Below, one piece after another: positions 57,997-64,000 of a stretch of DNA of 64,000 nucleotides. The notes beneath the pieces are model-generated. The model did no database searches. It was given only the letters and a program-made list of their open reading frames with translations, and was not told where the DNA came from. The stretch lies in assembly GCA_965649215.1 (NCBI GenBank), contig CBFGJZ010000001.1, positions 1,809-65,808 of the forward strand, given 5' to 3'. The stretch comes from a candidate division WOR-3 bacterium (lineage in GTDB: Bacteria; Hydrothermota; Tepidihabitantia; Tepidihabitantales; CAIPLT01). The translations under genes and the position numbers were made by a program. Every line of letters begins with the position of its first letter. The first letter of the stretch is position 1.

Positions 57997-59235
57997 TTAA
58001 GGAGCGACGACCGCGCCCATAAAAACAATCGCATTAGTCTCGTGGTCATAAATCGCACAGAAGAAAGGATGGTCTACTATCATTGTGAACGGTTCTGGTT
58101 TAAATGCAGTTGAAGTGGCAACAAAAACTGATGTTACGGCGGCAGCTTCAGTACCTTGTTCATTAACTTCAATAAAAGTTTTATGGATAACATCACTGAC
58201 CACAGCTTTAGTATCAGTCAGATTAGAAAAATCTGCATTGTAAAAAGCATTAGCCATGCCAAGATCTGAAAGCACTTGCGTTAATGATTTTTCATATTCA
58301 AATTTAAAGCGTGGTAAAATGATTTCGCCTTCCCGATATTGAAATTTTTCTAAGTAGGATTGATAGGTCGTAGCGTTGAGTGATGCAATAAATTTGGCAA
58401 GCGTATTCGGACTTTTGGGAAGAAAGATATACATACTCATTTTATTTTCATATTGCTTTTCATATGGAAGAGTGATTGCTTGTAATTGTTCATCTTCATA
58501 ATAAAAATATTCGCCTGTTTGACTCATCATGGGAACTTTGATTTGGGTTTGATTGAGTAAATGAAAAGGACGATCTTGAGTTAATTTTTTATCAAATTCA
58601 GTTGCCCATTGCCCATTAAAGTAGATCGCATTGATTAAAATCATTACCAGTTCAGGACTGAGTTTATCTACAATCTGATTGATTTTATTATTGGTTTTTT
58701 CACTCACCCAAGCATTGATATTTTTGGTCGCTACGGGATCGGTAAAATCAAGATTTTTGACTTCGGCTTGATAATACTTTTGACAAACGCCTAAAAAATT
58801 TTCTTTGAATTTGATATTTTTATTTGCCCAAATTGAGTTTGCGATATTTAAGGTTATTTTTTTGCTTTGCGTTTGTAAATTGTTGGTGAGACTAAGATTG
58901 GCTTGGTTCGTTTGTTCATCAGTTAGATTTATTAAACCCAGCGTATTGGCCATCGCTTCTTTAGTTTTACCATGAGCGCCATTATAGAGCATGCGTAAAC
59001 ACATGTTAATACTGGTTGGGGAAATAAAGATATTTTGTTGCGGATTATTATTAGTTAATTTTTGAAATAAAGTAAATCCAAAATTGTTATCAGCATTGAC
59101 TAACTGAGTTAACGGAGCAATTGGTGGCATCGCTTCCTTAATTTCATTACTAGCAGTCATCGCAGGGGTATAGTGACGAGGACAAGAGATAACGAATAAG
59201 CCAATAAAAAGCAAATTAATTTTTAAATGTTTCAT
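57997..59235 (-). CDS. Serpin (paralog), secreted or lipoprotein
   Basis: 'FTMIVDHPFFCAIYDHETNAIVFMGAVVAP' serpin signature. Signal peptide with 'ISC' lipobox-like Cys. Confidence 0.85.
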   Translation of the reverse strand: MKHLKINLLFIGLFVISCPRHYTPAMTASNEIKEAMPPIAPLTQLVNADNNFGFTLFQKLTNNNPQQNIFISPTSINMCLRMLYNGAHGKTKEAMANTLGLINLTDEQTNQANLSLTNNLQTQSKKITLNIANSIWANKNIKFKENFLGVCQKYYQAEVKNLDFTDPVATKNINAWVSEKTNNKINQIVDKLSPELVMILINAIYFNGQWATEFDKKLTQDRPFHLLNQTQIKVPMMSQTGEYFYYEDEQLQAITLPYEKQYENKMSMYIFLPKSPNTLAKFIASLNATTYQSYLEKFQYREGEIILPRFKFEYEKSLTQVLSDLGMANAFYNADFSNLTDTKAVVSDVIHKTFIEVNEQGTEAAAVTSVFVATSTAFKPEPFTMIVDHPFFCAIYDHETNAIVFMGAVVAP

Positions 59236-59875
59236 CTGACACCTCTTTATTTTTTTGAAAGTAAATATAGATTGCTCGAATTATAAAAAACAGAATTACT
59301 AAACCAACGATTATCGCACCCCAAATGCGCAGCAGGGATAAACCGGTGACAATTGTAGCGGCGATGAGCACCCCTAAAAAAATAGCTAGAAACGACGGGA
59401 AGTATTTTAATCCTAAAAGAAATGCCGCAACTGAACCAGTCCATGCGCCGGTTATCGGTAAGGGAATTGCAACAAAAAGAGTTAACCCAAGCATTTCGTA
59501 TTCTTCAATAATTTTACTCTTTTTGCGAGTGCGCGTAAAGAGCCAAGTAAAGAATCGTTTAAAAATTGGAATGCGACTTAATCCCAAAGAAACTTTATCC
59601 AATAGAAAAAGAATTGGTAGCACGGGTATTACATTGCCAATAACAGCAATGATGACCACCTGCCACCAAACCAAACCATAAAAATTAATGCCCAACGGAA
59701 TTGCGCCACGCAATTCAATGATTGGCAACATGGCAGTTAGGAAAACTGACAAGTAAGGAGATACACCATAATTTTGTAATTTTTGAATGATAGTTTCCCT
59801 GAGATGTCCTTGACAACTTGTGGTTAAGGTAATTATTAACAATAAAAGAAAATACAAACATTTCTTACTTTTCAT
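59216..59875 (-). CDS. Small membrane protein, COG2426-like (putative small multidrug export protein family)
   Basis: Hydrophobic 4-5 TM protein. An 'ELRGAIPLG' style motif recalls COG2426/DUF. Confidence 0.5.
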   Translation of the reverse strand: MKSKKCLYFLLLLIITLTTSCQGHLRETIIQKLQNYGVSPYLSVFLTAMLPIIELRGAIPLGINFYGLVWWQVVIIAVIGNVIPVLPILFLLDKVSLGLSRIPIFKRFFTWLFTRTRKKSKIIEEYEMLGLTLFVAIPLPITGAWTGSVAAFLLGLKYFPSFLAIFLGVLIAATIVTGLSLLRIWGAIIVGLVILFFIIRAIYIYFQKNKEVSDETFKN

Positions 59876-61908
59876 AAAAGACCTTTTTTCTTTCTTAGAT
59901 ATAAGAGCAGCCCAAATAATAAAGTTAAAATAATATAAAAGTATGGATTATTTTTTAATCCGAGATGATATGTTCTTTGATAATTAACAATTTGCGGTTC
60001 AAATCCTTGCTGTAAGAAATCATATACTGAGAAATATTGACCATTGCTTAAAATAGCGATTTTTTGTAATAATTCTTGATTTACGCCCTTAATATCTTCG
60101 ATCGTTTGGGGTGAAATATTTACCTGCGTTGTCACGGTATTTTTAAATTGGGTGTCTTGATAGATTTGAGCAGTTAATGGTAAAGCTCCACTCTGAAATG
60201 CTTCGATTTCAGTTTGATATATGCCGGCTTGTGTTTCCTGTAACGGTAGATTAGTTTTTAAGTTAGCAGCATCAAGATAGACGTTTAAGTCAGTATAGGG
60301 ACGTCCGTCAGGTGTTGTTGCAAAGAGATTAATGATGATTTTTTCACCGATCAGATAATCCGATTTATCAGTGAGCAGTTGAAAATTATCTAAATCGGTA
60401 AGGGCTAAAAATCTTAAGACATTAGTCAAGAATTGATCAAAATTTTTTCGCTGAGATTCGGTTTCAATATTGGAAAAAGCAAGTCGCCAAAACGGAAAAC
60501 CACTAAAGAAAATAGTCTTATTCTTTTGATATTTAAGATAACTCATAATCGGAATTTTATTATTAACAGCTTCTAACCATACGGTGGCATTGGGTTTAAT
60601 ATTATCTGCTAAATTTATACCCCACAGGGGCGGTACATTGTTAAGTAAATATTGGTTTGCTTGATCAAAGAAGATCGGTATTTTTTGACCGTCATTGCTT
60701 AGTTGGAAAAAGATATTTTCCGAAAGATTTTTCGAACTATTATATTGTAAAGGTAAAATTTCATTTAGTAAGGTGTGCGCTCGAAAGTTATCACCACCGA
60801 AAATTAGAAATCCTTTACCCTTTGTAATTAAGTTTTGTAAGCGTCTGATAATATCCGGTGTGAGATTGAATTCATCGATGTTATCTAAAATGATAACATC
60901 AGGATTATTAAATAACTGTTCTAAGGATTGATCAGAGAGAATGGTATACTTCTGGTTGGTTAAGGCAATAATGGGATGAACGATAAAATTATTCTGCAGT
61001 TTTTCGGAAGTTGGATTTTTAAGTGAATTAAGTAAAAAGCGAGTATTAAACGACGGTCCATTTGTTAAATAGAGCACTTGAAAACGATCCTTGAATACTT
61101 GTAAGGTAAAATCTTTACGATTATTTCCATAATTAGTTTCTTCGGGGAGACTGTCAACAATCACCGTGTAGGTTATTTGACCGGTGGTTTCAGGAATAAT
61201 ATTAAATTTAATTTCTTGTAGTGCATCTTGATTAGGTAAGGTAATCATTTGGGATGAAAGTAAGTTGTTACGCCAAAGCAAATTAATCTTAAGAGGATGA
61301 TTGTATAGGGAATGATTATAGATTAAGATCGAAACTGACGTTGTTTCTTTACTAAAAGTATGTGACGGTTTTATGATATTTTGGATGACAACATCTTTAA
61401 TCGTATCAATTGAAATGCCGATCGTGTAAATGGGTGATTTGCTTTGACGGACCGCGGTAAAGACATCAGTTTTTTGATTGTGTTGGCCATCGGAGATAAG
61501 GACAATCGCGCCGGGCTTTTGATGTTGTGCGGCAAGGATCGCCTGGGCGATATCAGTTTTTTCGCCCCATTTGAATTTTTCTTTGGAGAATATCCTTAAC
61601 GAATCACTAAACATAAAGATTTTTTTACGATAGGGTAACTGATTTATTCTATTAAGAATACTGTCAATATGAACTAAATTGTTTTGATAATCAATACTGC
61701 GCGAATGATCGACTAATACTAGAAGAGGTATTTTAGGTCGCTCGAGCGTAGTTATTTTTAGTTTATGGCTGATTAAGATTAAACCGATTGAAATAATAAT
61801 TACTAAACGGAGTATTAACTGCTCGCGATGCCTACTGAGACTGCTTTCTTTGCTAAAGAGCAAAAATGCGAGTGCTAAGAGTATTATACTAACGAAGATA
61901 ATCGTCAA
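59872..61908 (-). CDS. vWA domain membrane protein with an N-terminal double-TM anchor (BatA-like)
   Basis: Two N-terminal TMs, then a MIDAS-like 'VLVDHSRSI' (DxSxS) vWA start, then a roughly 450-aa extension. Confidence 0.6.
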   Translation of the reverse strand: MTIIFVSIILLALAFLLFSKESSLSRHREQLILRLVIIISIGLILISHKLKITTLERPKIPLLVLVDHSRSIDYQNNLVHIDSILNRINQLPYRKKIFMFSDSLRIFSKEKFKWGEKTDIAQAILAAQHQKPGAIVLISDGQHNQKTDVFTAVRQSKSPIYTIGISIDTIKDVVIQNIIKPSHTFSKETTSVSILIYNHSLYNHPLKINLLWRNNLLSSQMITLPNQDALQEIKFNIIPETTGQITYTVIVDSLPEETNYGNNRKDFTLQVFKDRFQVLYLTNGPSFNTRFLLNSLKNPTSEKLQNNFIVHPIIALTNQKYTILSDQSLEQLFNNPDVIILDNIDEFNLTPDIIRRLQNLITKGKGFLIFGGDNFRAHTLLNEILPLQYNSSKNLSENIFFQLSNDGQKIPIFFDQANQYLLNNVPPLWGINLADNIKPNATVWLEAVNNKIPIMSYLKYQKNKTIFFSGFPFWRLAFSNIETESQRKNFDQFLTNVLRFLALTDLDNFQLLTDKSDYLIGEKIIINLFATTPDGRPYTDLNVYLDAANLKTNLPLQETQAGIYQTEIEAFQSGALPLTAQIYQDTQFKNTVTTQVNISPQTIEDIKGVNQELLQKIAILSNGQYFSVYDFLQQGFEPQIVNYQRTYHLGLKNNPYFYIILTLLFGLLLYLRKKKGLL

Positions 61909-62944
61909 TTTTCTGATAAGGTGGATTTATGGATAATGGTATGTTTAAGGTAATGGAATCAAGCGGATGGTAACGATTTAGTTCTGCATAGAGATCAACT
62001 GATTTATCATAATTAGTATCAGCTAACGCAATAATTTGATAGAAAGTTGTATCAAGTTGAACGCTAAAATCACCATTTAGCTGTGAAATGGTAATTACTT
62101 TTTGGTTTTGATTTGAAAAGATGATTATGCCATTAGGATAGGGATTGTTTTGATAATTAAGAGTACCCCATCTAATTAATGGTGAGAGAACGGATTCGGT
62201 TGTAAAATAGGTGTAGGCACAATTTGACATGCGATTATTTGCTAAATCAGAAAGTGTCGGCATCAAAATGAAATAGACGGTTGTTTTTGGGGGAAGTGAA
62301 TCAAGGGTAATATCATTTTGTTTACGCATGGCATAACCAAAAGTTAGCCCTTGCCAATCTTTAGTATATTGCCAGTGGATTCTTGTTTTATCTAAGGGAT
62401 AGATAATAAAATAAGGCGTTGTGGTTGTGTCAATGCTTTCAGAAAATTTAAATTCAAAATACACATTACGGTTTTTATTGGTTGTAGCTGGCTTTGGTTC
62501 GATTGAGATTAGTTGGGGTGGTGTTGTATCCGCCACTCGCGAAGCTGTAAAACGACGGTTGATTATAGCAGTATTAGAGAATCTGTCCTCGAGGGTTCCT
62601 AATAATTGATAACTTTGATTTATAGCAGGATTAGTATAGATCGTGATGGTTTTGAAGTCAGGGTGGTAAGTTAATAGTTTTATCGCTAAAGTTTCCTGTT
62701 TGTTAACTGATATAATCTGAAAATCAGATGGGTTTAGGGATGCGACATTGATTGGTTCATCAAAGACCAAATCAATTCGTGTTTTATTAATGGGATTTAT
62801 TTGTTGTAAACGAGGGGCAAAACGATCCGGACTTGGCGGTAACATCTTTTTAGCACAATTAATATTATTTGATGATATAATTAAAATAAATATTAAAGGC
62901 ATAAGGAAAATGAAATTTTGCCGCACAAAAATTAATTTTTTCAT
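61889..62944 (-). CDS. Hypothetical secreted or lipoprotein, possibly with an Ig-like (SbsA/Big_5-like) domain
   Basis: Signal peptide. No family recognised with confidence. Confidence 0.4.
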   Translation of the reverse strand: MKKLIFVRQNFIFLMPLIFILIISSNNINCAKKMLPPSPDRFAPRLQQINPINKTRIDLVFDEPINVASLNPSDFQIISVNKQETLAIKLLTYHPDFKTITIYTNPAINQSYQLLGTLEDRFSNTAIINRRFTASRVADTTPPQLISIEPKPATTNKNRNVYFEFKFSESIDTTTTPYFIIYPLDKTRIHWQYTKDWQGLTFGYAMRKQNDITLDSLPPKTTVYFILMPTLSDLANNRMSNCAYTYFTTESVLSPLIRWGTLNYQNNPYPNGIIIFSNQNQKVITISQLNGDFSVQLDTTFYQIIALADTNYDKSVDLYAELNRYHPLDSITLNIPLSINPPYQKIDDYLR

Positions 62945-63043
62945 TAAAGTTATTCTATGATGGTATCAAAATAAAGTCAAGCAATGAAAAGATGATAGAT
63001 AAAATAACGCCAAAGAATCTTAAGGTATATTTTGAGTAACAAA

Positions 63044-63868
63044 TTATTTTCTTGTAAGTAGGAGATGTGCCTGTTTAGCCATTAATTTATAGAGTGAGAT
63101 TAATTCAGGAAATCTCTTTTTTAATACTTTGAGATGACTTTTAATAGTTATGAGATCGCCCCGAACAATCGGTCCTGTTAATGCTTTTTTGGGGTCAAAT
63201 TTTGATATATTAGTCAGAGTTTGATTAATTAGAGGCCATAAAACTCGCAGCTCATTTTTGGGTTTTATTTTTAATTCCCGAGCAATATTCGAAACAATAC
63301 TTATCAAGACAACAAGATAATTAGAAACAAAAACACACATTGTATGATATAATGGCTTATCTTGGCTTTTAATAAAGATTGATTTGCCTTTCAAAGCTAA
63401 GACAATTTCATTTGCAATTGCTTTCGCCTTACTATTTGCTTCAATGCCAAAATAGATATTAGTTATTGATTTTATTGATTGAGATATGGTTGTAAAGGTT
63501 TGGATCGGATGAATGCCAATTGGAATTAGTTTTTTTTCTTTTGCTGAATAAAATATTTTTGTATCCAAGGCACCACTGCAATGAATGACAATGGTCTGGC
63601 GATTAAGATATGGGAATATTTTTTGATAAGTTTTTTTAATTTCCGCATCAGGGGTTGTAATAAAAACGAGATTAGATGTCCGAATCAGTTCGGGAAGAGT
63701 GGGAATTTGATATTTTATTTTTAATAATTGATAGAATCGTCTTAGTTTGTGTTTGTTTATATCAAAACCGCCAATTATCTGATAACCTTGCTTTTGTAAA
63801 TGATAGGCAAAAGCAGTGCCGACGCAACCCGTTCCTAAAAAACTTATTTGATAATTCTTTTTTTTCAA
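63044..63868 (-). CDS. Rossmann-fold NAD(P)-binding protein (DUF2520/ProC-like)
   Basis: N-terminal 'ISFLGTGCVGTAFAYHL' dinucleotide-binding motif. Confidence 0.5.
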   Translation of the reverse strand: MKKKNYQISFLGTGCVGTAFAYHLQKQGYQIIGGFDINKHKLRRFYQLLKIKYQIPTLPELIRTSNLVFITTPDAEIKKTYQKIFPYLNRQTIVIHCSGALDTKIFYSAKEKKLIPIGIHPIQTFTTISQSIKSITNIYFGIEANSKAKAIANEIVLALKGKSIFIKSQDKPLYHTMCVFVSNYLVVLISIVSNIARELKIKPKNELRVLWPLINQTLTNISKFDPKKALTGPIVRGDLITIKSHLKVLKKRFPELISLYKLMAKQAHLLLTRK

Positions 63869-63894
63869 ATATTTTGAATGAAATGATTGTTTTG

Positions 63895-64000
63895 TTATTT
63901 AAGTCCCTTTTTATAACGGTCCTTTAATTCGGCTTTTTTGCCTAAATTCCATCCTGAGACCCGAGAGAAATAACCAGTCACACGGGTAATGTGGTCAACA
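63895..64000 (-). CDS. C-terminal fragment of a glycyl-radical enzyme, most likely the anaerobic ribonucleoside-triphosphate reductase NrdD. Partial; the N-terminus is beyond the window end.
   Basis: The - strand frame reads ...DHITRVTGYFSRVSGWNLGKKAELKDRYKKGLK*. 'RVTGY/RVSGW' resembles the glycyl radical motif. Confidence 0.4.
   Translation of the reverse strand, partial: VDHITRVTGYFSRVSGWNLGKKAELKDRYKKGLK

Noticed and set aside
1-64000. CRISPR arrays, transposases, integrases and prophage genes
   Set aside because: No regularly spaced direct repeats and no recombinase or transposase-like ORFs were seen. The many internal antisense ORFs in the track (for example 6573-6818, 10007-10225, 18966-19460) are short, lie within well-supported genes and have no supporting signals.

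Overview
This is an AT-rich chromosomal segment, about one-third GC by eye, from a bacterium that is probably an uncultivated lineage. It is gene dense, with about 65 CDS and two tRNAs (tRNA-Asp-GTC on the + strand, tRNA-Met-CAT on the - strand). I saw no transposase, integrase, CRISPR array or rRNA.

Housekeeping genes recognisable from the ORF translations: accC, efp, pepP-like M24 peptidase, rtcA, an archaeal-type fructose-1,6-bisphosphate aldolase/phosphatase, smpB, an AmiC-like amidase, murI, rph, rluD-like, lipA, a bactofilin, fabG, rsmI, hflX, pdxA, trmI, hutU, comEC, miaA and mutL.

Accessory content:
- A 9.3 kb type IV pilus / type II secretion-like cluster (28.2-36.5 kb). It has three tandem GspG-like pseudopilin paralogs, a PilM-PilN fusion, PilO, two PilP-like paralogs, a secretin and a prepilin peptidase. 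No ATPase or platform protein lies in the window.
- A GT4 glycosyltransferase plus an ABC-2 exporter operon.
- A BtuFCD-like ABC importer.
- TolC-MacA-MacB efflux genes, preceded by an odd Gln/Arg-rich small secreted ORF.
- Two tandem serpin genes.
- A vWA membrane protein.
- An uncharacterised operon of two paralogous Zn-ribbon proteins plus a third unknown protein. It sits next to a roughly 470 bp GC-rich, highly structured intergenic island that looks like an unidentified ncRNA (38.4-38.9 kb).
- A second, smaller GC-rich structured element at 56.5 kb.
- The first gene (1-1477, - strand, truncated) is a CARDB-repeat surface protein whose GC content is conspicuously higher than the rest of the window.

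Product calls rest on motifs I recognised directly in the ORF translations. Coordinates of RNA and regulatory features were counted by hand and may be off by a few nucleotides.
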